Assembly (NCBI GenBank): GCA_964293225.1
Contig: CAXYYB010000008.1
Span: 12,407 to 76,406 of the forward strand
Source of the DNA: an uncultured Symbiopectobacterium sp.
GTDB lineage: Bacteria; Pseudomonadota; Gammaproteobacteria; Enterobacterales; Enterobacteriaceae
Length of the DNA: 64,000 nucleotides
Direction of reading: 5' to 3'
Part shown: positions 45,754 through 60,200 of the stretch, piece after piece
Layout: each line of letters opens with the position of its first letter
How positions within the stretch are numbered: position 1 is the first letter of the stretch
The notes under the pieces: generated by a model
Told to the model about the DNA's origin: nothing
What the model saw: only the letters and a program-made list of their open reading frames with translations
Database searches by the model: none
Translations under genes and position numbers: made by a program

Positions 45754-46386
45754 ATGTTAAAACGTTTACTGATGGTGGCACTGCTGGTCGTGGCACCGCT
45801 CGCCAGCGCGGCGGATCAAACTAACCCTTATCGTTTGATGAACGATGCGGCAGAGAAAACCTTTACGCGTCTGAAAACGGAACAACCGCGCATCAAACAG
45901 GATCCGAACTACTTGCGTCAAATCGTGCATGAAGAGCTGTTGCCGTATGTGCAGATTCGCTATGCAGGAGCGCTGGTACTGGGCCGCTACTACAAAGAAG
46001 CGACGCCGGCGCAGCGTGATGCCTATTTCAAGGCATTCGAAGCCTATTTAGCGCAGGCCTATGGTCAGGCGCTGGCGCTGTATCACGGGCAGAACTACCA
46101 GATTGCGCCGGAACAGCCGCTGGGCAGCGCTGACATCATTCCTATCCGTGTGACCATTATCGATAACGGCGGTCGCCCACCGGTGCGTCTGGATTTTCAA
46201 TGGCGTAAAAACAGCCAGACCGGCAACTGGCAAGCTTACGATATGATTGCTGAAGGGGTGAGCATGATCACCACCAAGCAAAACGAATGGGCAGCCATTT
46301 TGCGTCAACAGGGTGTTGATGGGTTAACCAAGCAGTTGGAAGCCTCCGCGCGTCAGCCGATTACGCTGGAGCAGAAGAATGGCTGA
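45754..46386 (+). CDS. mlaC: periplasmic phospholipid-binding protein MlaC
   Basis: 210 aa with a signal peptide; contains ...[14 protein letters not shown]...[24 protein letters not shown]... Confidence 0.94.
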   Translation: MLKRLLMVALLVVAPLASAADQTNPYRLMNDAAEKTFTRLKTEQPRIKQDPNYLRQIVHEELLPYVQIRYAGALVLGRYYKEATPAQRDAYFKAFEAYLAQAYGQALALYHGQNYQIAPEQPLGSADIIPIRVTIIDNGGRPPVRLDFQWRKNSQTGNWQAYDMIAEGVSMITTKQNEWAAILRQQGVDGLTKQLEASARQPITLEQKNG

Positions 46387-46672
46387 GGCACTGCGCTGGA
46401 CGTCGCAAGACACGACGCTGGGGCTGTCCGGCGATTTGGATCGCGATTCCCTGCTGCCACTTTGGCAGCAGCGTGAGACCTTATTGAAGGGCAAGCAGGC
46501 GCTGGATATCGCGGCGCTGGAACGCGTCGATTCCGCCGGGTTGGCGCTGTTGGTGCATCTCTATCAACAGCAAAGCCGTTTAACGCCATCTTTCGTGATT
46601 TCTGGTGCCAGTGAACGGGTAAAAACGCTGATTGCGCTGTATAACCTCAACGATATTATTCCTGTTGTTTGA
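46379..46672 (+). CDS. mlaB: STAS-domain protein MlaB
   Basis: 97 aa; overlaps the end of mlaC by 8 nt. Confidence 0.9.
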   Translation: MAEALRWTSQDTTLGLSGDLDRDSLLPLWQQRETLLKGKQALDIAALERVDSAGLALLVHLYQQQSRLTPSFVISGASERVKTLIALYNLNDIIPVV

Positions 46673-46710
46673 TTTTTTTCTTTACCTTTCCCGCGTATAG
46701 ATGAAAACAG

Positions 46711-46746
46711 CCCTCTTAGCTTACGCCAAGAGGGATTTCTTTGTTT
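46711..46746 (+). terminator. intrinsic terminator after mlaB
   Basis: CCCTCTT-(10-nt loop)-AAGAGGG followed by ATTTCTTTGTTT. Confidence 0.65.
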
Positions 46747-46813
46747 AAGAAAACGGCGTATTCATCTAAGATACACGGCTGATAATCCTCCCCTGAACAC
46801 AGAATTGAGAGCG

Positions 46814-47068
46814 ATGGAAAATAACGAGATCGAAGCGGTGCTGATGAAAGCACTCGCACTGCAAGAAGTCCACGTAACGGGCGATGGCAGCCACTTTCAG
46901 GTCGTCGCCGTGGGGGATATTTTTGCTGGTATGCGTCGTGTCAAACAGCAGCAGACCGTATACGCGCCCTTGATGGAGTACATTGCGGACAACCGCATTC
47001 ATGCGCTTTCCATCAAGGCCTATACACCGGAAGAATGGCAGCGCGATCGTAAGCTGAACGGCTTTTAA
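46814..47068 (+). CDS. ibaG: BolA-family acid-stress protein IbaG
   Basis: 84 aa counted from [34 protein letters not shown]... Confidence 0.93.
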   Translation: MENNEIEAVLMKALALQEVHVTGDGSHFQVVAVGDIFAGMRRVKQQQTVYAPLMEYIADNRIHALSIKAYTPEEWQRDRKLNGF

Positions 47069-47107
47069 GCGAGAGCAGTGCGCCCTGGAATACTTTTAGC
47101 AAGCTGA

Positions 47108-48385
<1,278 letters not shown>

Positions 48386-48393
48386 TCCCGTTT

Positions 48394-48425
48394 CAGTATG
48401 AGCAGCTGTGGTGCTGCTCATACTG
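48394..48425. terminator. 13-bp hairpin between convergent murA and degS
   Basis: CAGTATGAGCAGC-TGTGGT-GCTGCTCATACTG. Confidence 0.7.
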
Positions 48426-48431
48426 GTAACG

Positions 48432-49526
48432 TTAGCTCTCAGGAAACTCCTGAATCGTCACCGATAGCGTCATCTCTTGATCGCCACGGCGAATGACTAC
48501 CGGAACGGCGTTACCGGGACGAATTTCAGCCACCTGATCCATGGTTTCAATCACTGAGACGGCGGGCTTGCCGTTCATGGTTAGCAACACGTCACCCTTT
48601 TTCATGCCGCTCTTATCCGCTGGTCCTCCGGGTTCGACATTCATCACGATCACGCCTTGCAACCGTTTATTGCCGTCCAGTGTGCTATTCGGTGATAAGC
48701 CTTCCGCCTGCGCGCCGTTGATGCCGATATAGCCGCGAACCACGCGACCATCACGTATCAGTTTTCCCATCACCTTGGTAGCCAGCGCTACCGGAATGGC
48801 GAAGCCTATGCCCTCTGGTGTTTCTCCGTCACTGCCTTTATCAAAGGTGAGCGTGTTGATGCCGACCAACTCGCCCAGCGTGTTGACCAACGCACCGCCA
48901 GAGTTGCCGTGGTTGATGGAGGCATCGGTTTGCAGGAAATTCTGACGCCCGCCAAAGCCGGAACCAGAACCGTCCATCAGGCTCAGACCCACACGGCCGG
49001 TGGCGCTGATAATACCCTGAGTAACGGTTTGCCCCAGGTTATAGGGGTTACCAATAGCCAGCACCACATCACCGATGTGCGCCGTGCGTTTCTCATTGAT
49101 GGTAATGACAGGCAGGTTGGCGGCTTCCACTTTCACTACCGCCAGATCGGTCAGCTTGTCGGTGCCAATAACGCTGGCCTCATAGACGCGGCCATCCTGT
49201 AACGAGATAACCAACTGCGCGATATTGTTTATCACGTGATTATTGGTCAGCACGTAGCCCTTTTCACTCATGATCACGCCCGATCCGAGCAGGCGAATAT
49301 TCAGTTCCCCGTTGTTCTCGCTGCTTGATTCTCGGCTATAGACGTTAACCACCGCAGGCGCGGCGCGGCGAACGGCCTGATTATAGCTAAGCGGCACATC
49401 CTCGCTCTGGATACTGGGTGAGCGGGAAAACAGTGCGGTATTTGACCGTAGCAACGGCATGATCGCGAGCAGAATTCCCGCCACGATCGCGCCAATAATG
49501 GCGGAGCGAAAAAGTTTTGCGAGCAT
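48432..49526 (-). CDS. degS: envelope-stress serine endoprotease DegS
   Basis: 364 aa with an N-terminal anchor, the His/Asp/Ser triad (GNSGGAL) and one PDZ domain. It carries an insertion after GRVGL relative to E. coli DegS. Confidence 0.93.
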   Translation of the reverse strand: MLAKLFRSAIIGAIVAGILLAIMPLLRSNTALFSRSPSIQSEDVPLSYNQAVRRAAPAVVNVYSRESSSENNGELNIRLLGSGVIMSEKGYVLTNNHVINNIAQLVISLQDGRVYEASVIGTDKLTDLAVVKVEAANLPVITINEKRTAHIGDVVLAIGNPYNLGQTVTQGIISATGRVGLSLMDGSGSGFGGRQNFLQTDASINHGNSGGALVNTLGELVGINTLTFDKGSDGETPEGIGFAIPVALATKVMGKLIRDGRVVRGYIGINGAQAEGLSPNSTLDGNKRLQGVIVMNVEPGGPADKSGMKKGDVLLTMNGKPAVSVIETMDQVAEIRPGNAVPVVIRRGDQEMTLSVTIQEFPES

Positions 49527-49613
49527 AAAACGTACAGGGAAGTGGATAGGTAAGCGGAGGATAACATGAGATTAGCGGACACGGCATGTACCGTGTCCGA
49601 TTTTATAATATTG

Positions 49614-49629
49614 ATACAATATATTGTAT
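49614..49629. repeat. perfect 16-bp palindrome at the degQ stop
   Basis: ATACAATATATTGTAT; its last base overlaps the degQ stop codon. Confidence 0.9.
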
Positions 49630-50999
49630 TAGCGTAGCAGCAGGTAAATCGTTTCTTCGCCACGCACCACGTTCAGCGCCAATACGCTGGGTTTGCTTTC
49701 CAGAATTTTGCGCAATTGGGTGATGTTTTCTACCCGCTCACGGTTAACGCCGATAATGATATCGCCTTTCTGCAAGCCCACCTGTGCTGCCGGTGTGTCT
49801 TTGGTGACGTCTTCGATTTGTACCCCTTTGCTGCCATCCTTCGCCTGACCATTGGCAAGCGATGCCCCCTGCAAGGCCGGAGACAGGCTCTCGGCGCTGG
49901 TAGCGGCAGAGGTGTTATTATCGAGAACCACGGAGAGTTCCAGTGGTTTGCCTTCACGCAACAGGCCAATTTTCACCGTTTTACCGGGTGCGGTGGTGCC
50001 GATTTTGGCGCGCAGTTCCGCAAAGCTGTTGATGGGCTTGCCGTCCAGTGATGTCAGCACATCACCGGCCTTGATGCCCGCCTTGGCGGCCGCCGATTTT
50101 GGCAATACCTCGCTGACGAAGGCACCACGTTGCGCTTCCACCTTGAAGGCTTTCGCCATGTCGGCGGTCATTTCGCTGCCTTTGATGCCTAACAGGCCGC
50201 GTTTCACTTCACCGAACTCGATAAGCTGTTGCGCCAGGTTTTGCGCCATGTTACTGGGAATCGCAAATCCGATACCGATGTTACCGCCGCCTGGTGCCAG
50301 GATTGCGGTGTTGATCCCTATCAGTTCGCCGTTGAGGTTAACCAGTGCACCGCCGGAGTTACCGCGGTTAATGGAGGCATCGGTCTGGATAAAGTTTTCT
50401 AACCCTTCCAGATTCAGGCCGCTACGGCCCAGCGCGGAGATGATGCCCGAGGTCGCTGTTTGACCGAGGCCGAACGGGTTACCCACGGCAACGGCAAAAT
50501 CCCCGACGCGCAGTTGATCGGAATCCGCCATTTTAATTTCTTGCAGATTCTTGGCATCGTTCAGTTGCAGCAGGGCGATGTCGCTTTGCTCATCGCGACC
50601 CAGCAGTTTGGCGTCATATTCCCGACCGTCATTCAACTGGACGCGGATCTTGTCTGCATTGTTGATAACGTGGTTATTCGTTAGCACATACCCTTTGGCG
50701 GCATCGATAATCACGCCAGAACCGAGGCCTTCAAACGGGCGACTGTTCTGCTTCCCGGTCGGTGCATTCGGGCCAAAGAAGAATTTAAACTCTTCCGGTA
50801 CGCGTTGGCGCTGCGTTTGCGTACCTTCCACATGCACGCTGACCACCGCAGGCAATACCTTTTCCAACATCGGTGCCAGACTGGGTAACTGTTGGCCCTC
50901 CACCACGGCGGGCAGGGCGGCTTGTGCGGCAGGAAGCGATGACAATGCCAAGCTCATGCTTACTGCCAGTGCGCTGAATAATAATGATTTTTTCTTCAT
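49629..50999 (-). CDS. degQ: periplasmic serine endoprotease DegQ
   Basis: 456 aa with a signal peptide, a trypsin-like domain (GNSGGAL) and two PDZ domains. Confidence 0.93.
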   Translation of the reverse strand: MKKKSLLFSALAVSMSLALSSLPAAQAALPAVVEGQQLPSLAPMLEKVLPAVVSVHVEGTQTQRQRVPEEFKFFFGPNAPTGKQNSRPFEGLGSGVIIDAAKGYVLTNNHVINNADKIRVQLNDGREYDAKLLGRDEQSDIALLQLNDAKNLQEIKMADSDQLRVGDFAVAVGNPFGLGQTATSGIISALGRSGLNLEGLENFIQTDASINRGNSGGALVNLNGELIGINTAILAPGGGNIGIGFAIPSNMAQNLAQQLIEFGEVKRGLLGIKGSEMTADMAKAFKVEAQRGAFVSEVLPKSAAAKAGIKAGDVLTSLDGKPINSFAELRAKIGTTAPGKTVKIGLLREGKPLELSVVLDNNTSAATSAESLSPALQGASLANGQAKDGSKGVQIEDVTKDTPAAQVGLQKGDIIIGVNRERVENITQLRKILESKPSVLALNVVRGEETIYLLLR

Positions 51000-51227
51000 T
51001 TGAATTATCTCTCACAACCTGCGAACCATCGACAGAATGTCGATTATGAATAAAACGATGATATATAAACTTAAACGGCTGGTGAAGTGTCGACCAGTGA
51101 ATAACGTGTAAAGTTCACTGTTCTTTCGTCAAGGGAATGTAACTATCGTCAAATGGTACAGGGAAGGGATAGTGGGGATGTAGGCTGCGTGAAGGATCTT
51201 GCCCTTCACGCAGTGGTGCACGGGCAA

Positions 51228-51632
51228 TTATTTGCGCAGCGGGCGCTCACCGCGCAGCAGTCCAGACGCGCCGTCTGAATAATCGCGTGGTGGCATGCCT
51301 ACCGGTGCCTGATCGTTGTCTGCTTCCGCCTCGGTTAAGCGGTAGCGAAACGGGTTATCCTGCATCGGCAAATCTGGCAGCAGGTTGCTAGAGCTTTTAG
51401 CCATATGCTGGTACAACTGACGGTAATCTTTTGCCATGTTGTCCAACAACTCGGCGCTGTGGGCAAAATGGCCCACCAACTCCTGACGGTAGGTCTCCAG
51501 TTCGGTTTTGCTCTTTTCCAACTCGCTTTGCAGCGCTTGTTGTTGCCGCAGTTTAGAGTTGCCAAAGCGCATGGCGACAGCACCGATGATGATGCCGACA
51601 ACTAATCCTATTAGCGCATACTCCCAAGTCAT
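51228..51632 (-). CDS. zapG: Z-ring-associated protein ZapG (YhcB)
   Basis: 134 aa: MTWEYALIGLVVGIIIGAVAMRFGN... Confidence 0.93.
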   Translation of the reverse strand: MTWEYALIGLVVGIIIGAVAMRFGNSKLRQQQALQSELEKSKTELETYRQELVGHFAHSAELLDNMAKDYRQLYQHMAKSSSNLLPDLPMQDNPFRYRLTEAEADNDQAPVGMPPRDYSDGASGLLRGERPLRK

Positions 51633-51867
51633 AAAGACACCTCTTTCGACGTCGTTGTCCCGTAGGGTTTTTTCACTTCATAATAGCCACTATAACCGCT
51701 AACGCCGCCCGAGTGGAGTCCCGAAACGCGACGCTGTAAGGTAATTGGGATCTATTTCAGGTGATATCATGGAAAAATGCGACGATCGCGGAGCGAATCG
51801 CCGTTAACGGGCGATAAAACACGACTAACTTTTTTTCGGAAAATGACGGATGAAGGGAGAACCCGAG

Positions 51868-53019
51868 ATGATACAACCGACAACGCTGCCGCTTGCTGGG
51901 CCACTGGCACACTATCAGCAGGCAGTGGCGACGGGCGAGTATCAGCCTGATGAGGTACAACTGCAAACGGTAACCGCGCTGCATGGCATTTATCAGGCCT
52001 TACAAGCGCGCGAAGCATCGCAGATGACTCCCGTATCTGATGGCCGTTTTACTCGCTGGCGACACTGGTTGGGGCTGGCGGATAAACTACCGGGGGCCCC
52101 GGTGCAAGGGCTTTATATGTGGGGCGGGGTTGGGCGAGGTAAAACCTGGCTGATGGATCTGTTTTTCCAGAGTCTGCCCACAGAGCGCAAGCTACGACTG
52201 CATTTTCATCGTTTTATGCTGCGCGTGCACGAAGAACTGAACCAGCTACAGGGGCAGCCGAACCCGCTGGAGCAGGTGGCCGATGGGTTCAAGGCGCAGA
52301 CCGATGTGCTCTGCTTTGATGAGTTTTTCGTTACGGACATCACCGATGCCATGTTACTGGCGGAACTGCTGCGTGCGTTATTCGCCCGTGGCGTCACGTT
52401 GGTGGCCACCTCCAACATTCCCCCAGATAACCTCTATCGCAACGGCCTGCAACGCAGTCGTTTTTTGCCCGCTATCGACCTGATCAAACAGTACTGCGAG
52501 GTGCGCAATGTGGATGCCGGTATCGATTATCGCCTGCGCACGCTGACGCAGGCGCATCTCTATTTGACGCCGCTGTCGCCGGAAACGGAAGCTGAGATGC
52601 GTCAGATGTTCTCACGCTTGTCTGGCCGGGCATTCTCTGTACCGGGGCCCGTGCTGGAGATCAACCACCGCTCTATGCCGACGCTCAGCGCGGGCGAGGG
52701 GGTATTGGCCGTCGATTTTGCCACACTGTGTCTTGATGCGCGCAGTCAGAATGACTATATCGCGCTGTCGCGTCTCTACCACACGGTACTGCTGCACAAC
52801 GTGACGGTGATGGGGAGCAAAGAGGAGAATGCGGCGCGCCGTTTTCTGGCATTGGTGGATGAATTTTATGAGCGGCGGGTCAAGCTGGTGATCGCGGCGC
52901 AAACCTCGATGTTCGCGCTGTATCAGGGGGAGCACCTGAAATTTGAATATCAGCGCTGCCTGTCGCGGTTGCAAGAGATGCAAAGTGAAGAATATTTGAG
53001 CCAACCGCACCTTGCCTGA
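51868..53019 (+). CDS. zapE: cell-division AAA-type ATPase ZapE (YhcM)
   Basis: 383 aa counted from MIQPTTLPL..., with Walker A (GGVGRGKTWLMD) and the ending ...RCLSRLQEMQSEEYL. Confidence 0.92.
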   Translation: MIQPTTLPLAGPLAHYQQAVATGEYQPDEVQLQTVTALHGIYQALQAREASQMTPVSDGRFTRWRHWLGLADKLPGAPVQGLYMWGGVGRGKTWLMDLFFQSLPTERKLRLHFHRFMLRVHEELNQLQGQPNPLEQVADGFKAQTDVLCFDEFFVTDITDAMLLAELLRALFARGVTLVATSNIPPDNLYRNGLQRSRFLPAIDLIKQYCEVRNVDAGIDYRLRTLTQAHLYLTPLSPETEAEMRQMFSRLSGRAFSVPGPVLEINHRSMPTLSAGEGVLAVDFATLCLDARSQNDYIALSRLYHTVLLHNVTVMGSKEENAARRFLALVDEFYERRVKLVIAAQTSMFALYQGEHLKFEYQRCLSRLQEMQSEEYLSQPHLA

Positions 53020-53246
53020 GCGGGCAACGGGGAATTTATCGCGCTTTGGTGGAAAAGAGGTCGATCTTTGCTATCGACTTCTCTATAATCTTGCGACCCC
53101 ACGTTACAACGACGTTTTTTTCCCGAAACGTTAATCGCGCCGGCATGGCTATTCGAAGGGGTAGGTTTGCTGGACTAGATGCCGTGTGAACCTCGACACT
53201 TTATTTCTGAATTTATTGAAGCGTTTGGGTGTTCACCAACGTGTAA

Positions 53247-53696
<450 letters not shown>

Positions 53697-53708
53697 TCGG
53701 GATTATAG

Positions 53709-54104
<396 letters not shown>

Positions 54105-54138
54105 TTTCTGGCGTTTATCGCTGCAAATCAACGCAAAA

Positions 54139-54167
54139 AGCCCGGTGCCTGCATCGGGTTTTTTTTG
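54139..54167 (+). terminator. intrinsic terminator after rpsI
   Basis: CCCGGTG-CCTG-CATCGGG followed by TTTTTTTT. Confidence 0.8.
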
Positions 54168-54460
54168 TCTTGCATTCGCCTCATCGGGTTAATTCTGCCC
54201 GCATTTCCTCTCTTCAGATAAAAAAATAGTCCTGCATTTCTGAGGGTTAGTAATGAAATTGCGCTTCTTTCACCACAGAACGCACAAAATCTGGTAAACT
54301 ATTTGCCGATTTTGTGCCTGTATGCCAGCCGGCAATTTTCCCGAATGTTGATGCCGCCAGACGTTTTTCTTGTGGACAATCACGTACAGTGATTCCGGGC
54401 TATGCAGGATAGCGCCGTTTAGTTATTAGTCGTATTTTCTCGATAAACTTGGAGGTTTTC

Positions 54461-55102
54461 ATGGCTGTCGCTGCCAACAAACGTTCGGTGATGACGCTGT
54501 TTTCTGGTCAGTCCGACATTTTTAGCCATCAGGTTCGCATTGTCTTGGCGGAAAAGGGCGTGAGTGTCGAGATTGAGCTGGTGGATATGGATAACCTGCC
54601 ACAGGATCTTATTGACCTCAATCCCTATGGCTCCGTGCCGACGTTGGTCGATCGTGAACTGACGCTGTATGAATCTCGTATCATCATGGAGTACCTGGAT
54701 GAGCGTTTCCCTCATCCTCCGCTGATGCCGGTTTACCCGGTGGCGCGCGGTACCAGTCGCCTGATGATGCACCGCATTGAATCCGATTGGTATTCTCTCC
54801 TGAAAAAAATCATGCAGGGGAATGCACAAGAGGCGGATGCGGCGCGTAAACAACTGCGCGAAGAGTTGCTGGCCGTTGCACCTGTGTTCAATGAAGCGCC
54901 TTATTTCATGAGCGAAGAGTTCAGCTTGGTCGATTGCTATCTGGCTCCGCTGCTGTGGCGTTTGCCGTTGCTGGGTATCGAATTGGCGGGCGCAGGGGCG
55001 AAAGAGCTGAAAGGTTATATGACGCGTGTCTTCGAACGTGATGCTTTCCTGGCATCGTTGACCGAAGCTGAGCGTGAAATCCGTTTGCACACCCGAGGTT
55101 AA
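54461..55102 (+). CDS. sspA: stringent starvation protein A
   Basis: 213 aa counted from MAVAANKRSVMTLFSGQSDIFSHQVRIVLAEKGV... Confidence 0.97.
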   Translation: MAVAANKRSVMTLFSGQSDIFSHQVRIVLAEKGVSVEIELVDMDNLPQDLIDLNPYGSVPTLVDRELTLYESRIIMEYLDERFPHPPLMPVYPVARGTSRLMMHRIESDWYSLLKKIMQGNAQEADAARKQLREELLAVAPVFNEAPYFMSEEFSLVDCYLAPLLWRLPLLGIELAGAGAKELKGYMTRVFERDAFLASLTEAEREIRLHTRG

Positions 55103-55108
55103 ACCTGT

Positions 55109-55606
55109 ATGGCGTTGTCTCAACTGTCTCCGCGCCGTCCGTATCTGTTGCGGGCTTTTTATGACTGGCTGCTGGATAATCAATTAACGCCGCATCTGGT
55201 GGTTGATGTATCTCTGCCGGGCGTAATGGTGCCAATGGAATTCGCCCGCGATGGGCAGATAGTGCTGAATATCGCACAGCGTGCGGTAGGTGGCCTGGAG
55301 TTGGCTGATGACAGCGTGCGTTTTAACGCCCGCTTTGGGGGCGTACCGCGTCAGGTTTATGTCCCGATGGCCGCTGTGTTGGCGATTTACGCCCGAGAAA
55401 ACGGCGCTGGCACCATGTTTGAGCCAGAGCCCGCCTATGAGCTGGATAACCTTACGGATGCGCAGGGTGAGGCATTGACGCCGGGCGTGGTGATGTCGGT
55501 TGTGGATAACGAGCAACAAGACAGTGTGGCGGAGACTAACCCGCCTGATGACGATCCGCCGCCGGCGCCGCGCGGTGGGCGACCATCGTTACGTGTGGTG
55601 AAATAA
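55109..55606 (+). CDS. sspB: ClpXP adaptor SspB
   Basis: 165 aa: MALSQLSPRRPYLLRAFYDWLLDNQLTPHLVV...GGRPSLRVVK. Confidence 0.96.
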   Translation: MALSQLSPRRPYLLRAFYDWLLDNQLTPHLVVDVSLPGVMVPMEFARDGQIVLNIAQRAVGGLELADDSVRFNARFGGVPRQVYVPMAAVLAIYARENGAGTMFEPEPAYELDNLTDAQGEALTPGVVMSVVDNEQQDSVAETNPPDDDPPPAPRGGRPSLRVVK

Positions 55607-55618
55607 TCACATTCACAG

Positions 55619-55651
55619 AAAAGGGGCAGCCGTCGGTATGCCCCTTTTTTA
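55619..55651 (+). terminator. intrinsic terminator after sspB
   Basis: AAGGGGCA-(10-nt loop)-TGCCCCTT followed by TTTT. Confidence 0.75.
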
Positions 55652-55742
55652 TGGCAACAACATTGATAAAAATCGATAACCGTTTGCGGCAGGAGAGCGT
55701 GATGAAATAGCAATAGCTAAATCATCCGCATCGTTCGCACAA

Positions 55743-55766
55743 GAAAAAGGCGGCTTGCGCCGCCTT
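55743..55766 (-). terminator. intrinsic terminator after gltD
   Basis: AAGGCGGC-TTGC-GCCGCCTT, preceded on the plus strand by AAAAA, which gives a U-tract on the minus strand. Confidence 0.8.
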
Positions 55767-55783
55767 GATGGATAGCGTTCTGA

Positions 55784-57211
<1,428 letters not shown>

Positions 57212-60200
57212 TTACTGCGCCTGAACCCGCAATTCGGCTGCGGAACGACTACGATGCCCTAATAATGCCTTCACATCACTCGACTTGGGTTTCACCAGCG
57301 CGAAACGCGATGCCCAGACCGGCCAGTTAGCGAGGATCTCTTCGCCGCGCTGCGAACCGGTGTGCTGCACGTGCTCGGTGATCAGGCCGCGCAAGTGCTC
57401 TTCGTGAATCGCCAAATCGTCGACCGACAGCACTTCCACTAGCTCAGGGTTGACGCGCTTACGGAACTCACCGTCTTCATCCAGTACGTAGGCAAAACCG
57501 CCGGTCATGCCTGCGCCAAAGTTGACGCCGGTGCGGCCCAATACGCAGACGATACCACCCGTCATGTATTCACAGCCGTTGTCGCCGATGCCTTCCACCA
57601 CGGTGATAGCTCCGGAGTTACGCACGCCGAAACGTTCACCCGCACGGCCTGCGGCAAACAGTTTGCCGCCGGTAGCACCGTACAGACAGGTGTTGCCGAT
57701 AATGCTCGCTTCATGACTGCGGAACGCGGAACCAACCGGAGGACGCACGGAGATGCAGCCGCCCGCCATGCCTTTGCCCACATAGTCGTTGGCGTCGCCG
57801 GTCAAGGTCAGTTCGACGCCGCCTGCGTTCCATACGCCGAAGCTTTGCCCGGCGGTGCCGGAGAAGTTGGCTTTGATCGGGTCGCTTGCCAGACCTTGAT
57901 CGCCGTGCTGCGCGGCAATAGCACCGGACAGCGTTGCGCCGACAGAACGGTCGGTGTTGCGGATATCAAAGTAGAGCGCTTTGCTCTGTTTTGCTGCGAT
58001 GTGCGGTTGTGCCTGAGACAGCAGCGCCTTGTTCAACAGCCCGTCATCAAACGGCGGGTTGCTCTCGGTGCAGTACAGCGCTTTACCCGGTTGCGGCTGT
58101 GCGGTTTGCAACAGTGCAGAGAGGTCCAGCTTGTTCTGTTTGGCGGTGAAGCCATCCAATTCCACCAGTAGATCGGTACGGCCAATCAAATCAACCAGCT
58201 GGCTCACCCCCAGCTCCGCCATCAGCAGACGGGTTTCTTGGGCAATAAAGTTGAAGTAGTTGATCACACGCTCTGGCAGGCCGTGGTAGTGATCGCGGCG
58301 CAGCTTGTCATCCTGCGTGGCGACGCCGGTCGCACAGTTATTCAGGTGGCAAATACGCAGATATTTACAGCCGAGTGCGACCATCGGGCCGGTGCCGAAG
58401 CCGAAGCTTTCTGCGCCCAGAATCGCTGCTTTGATGATATCAACACCGGTTTTCAGGCCGCCGTCCACTTGCAGACGGATTTTGTGGCGCAAGCCGTTAG
58501 CCACCAGCGCCTGCTGGGTTTCTACCAGCCCCAGTTCCCACGGGCAGCCCGCATATTTCACTGAGCTGAGCGGGCTGGCGCCGGTGCCGCCGTCATACCC
58601 GGCGATGGTGATCAGGTCGGCGTAAGCTTTGGCTACGCCAGTTGCAATGGTGCCCACGCCCGGCTCGGAAACCAGCTTGACCGAAATCATCGCTTTCGGG
58701 TTGACCTGCTTCAGGTCGAAAATCAACTGTGCCAAGTCTTCGATAGAGTAAATATCGTGGTGCGGCGGCGGTGAAATCAACGTTACGCCCGGCACGGAGT
58801 AGCGCAATCTGGCGATATATGGTGTTACTTTATCGCCCGGTAACTGACCGCCTTCACCGGGTTTGGCCCCCTGCGCCACTTTAATCTGAATTACGTCAGC
58901 GTTGACCAGATAAGCAGGGGTCACACCGAAGCGACCAGAAGCCACCTGCTTGATACGTGACACTTTATTGGTGCCGTAACGCGCCGGATCTTCGCCCCCT
59001 TCACCGGAGTTGGAGTTACCGCCAATGGTGTTCATGGCTTCCGCCAGAGACTCATGGGCTTCGGGGCTCAGTGCACCGATAGACATGGCGGCGGTGTCAA
59101 AGCGCTTAAACAGCTCGCTGGCCGGTTCTACGTCGTCAACCGGAATCGCTACGCCTTCCTGCGGTTTGATGGCCAGCAGGTCGCGCAGCGTCGCCACCGG
59201 GCGCTCGTTGACGTGTTTGGCATATGTCAGGTAGTCGCTGTACTCACCGCTTTTCACGGCTTGTTGCAGGCTGTTAACCACATCCGGGTTATAGGCGTGG
59301 TATTCACCGTCGTAAACGAATTTCAGCAAGCCACCCTGTTCCAGCGTTTTACGCTTCAACCACGCGCGTTTCGCCAGATTTTGCAGGTCTTGCTCGAAAT
59401 CATCGAAGTTGGCACCACCAATACGGCTCACCACCCCGTGGAAGCAGAGCGCAGACAGCTCTTTGTGCAGGCCCACCGCTTCAAACAGCTTGGAGCAACG
59501 GTACGAGGCGATAGTCGAGATGCCCATTTTGGACATGATCTTGTACAGCCCTTTGTTGATGCCGTTGCGGTAGTTGAGCATTACGGTGCGGTAAGGCTTC
59601 TCGATGGTGTGGTTATCCACCAGTCGCGCCAGTGATTCATACGCCAGATACGGATAGATGGCCGTAGCGCCGAAGCCCAGCAGCACGGCGAAGTGATGCG
59701 GATCGCGGGCGCTGGCGGTTTCAACAATCAGGTTAGCATCGCAACGCAGGCTCTTTTCCACCAGACGGTGTTGTATCGCACCCACAGCCATTGGCGCTGG
59801 AACCGGTAAACGGTGCTCGCTGATGGCGCGGTCGGAAAGCACCAGCAATACGGCACCTTCGCGTACTTTGCGCTCGGCTTCTTCACACAGCGCTTCCACG
59901 GTTTGCTGCAATGACTTCTCGCGCGGATCGAAGGTCAGATCCAGCGTTTCCGCGCGGTAGTGCTGTTGGTCTTGGGTGAGCAACTGCGTAAAGTCGGAGT
60001 ACAACAGGATTGGCGATTTGAAACTCAAACGGTGCGCCTGACCTTCGGCTTCACAGAAGACGTTCATTTCACGGCCAATACAGGTCGCCAGCGACATGAC
60101 GTGCGCTTCACGCAGCGGGTCGATCGGCGGGTTGGTCACCTGCGCAAACTGCTGACGGAAGTAGTCGTAAATGATGCGAGGACGGCTGGAGAGCACAGCA

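Noticed and set aside
51085-51120. Sigma-E-like promoter on the minus strand upstream of degQ (tGAACTT-N16-GTCGAC).
   Set aside because: Only the -35-like half is convincing, and the -10 part (TCGAC) departs from the TCNAA-type consensus. degQ is not a known sigma-E target in E. coli. The evidence is too weak to annotate.
51185-51213. Perfect 11-bp hairpin (CTGCGTGAAGG-ATCTTGC-CCTTCACGCAG) just downstream of zapG.
   Set aside because: It is probably the zapG transcript end, but neither strand has a U-tract. It is a single copy in the window, so I can support neither a REP-type repeat nor a canonical terminator call.
53084-53089. Consensus TATAAT followed by a GC-rich stretch upstream of rplM, considered as the rplM-rpsI promoter.
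   Set aside because: The only good TTGCTA hexamer is just 10 nt upstream, which is the wrong spacing. The hexamer at the proper 17-nt spacing (TCGATC) is poor. This is plausible but cannot be supported without 5'-end data.
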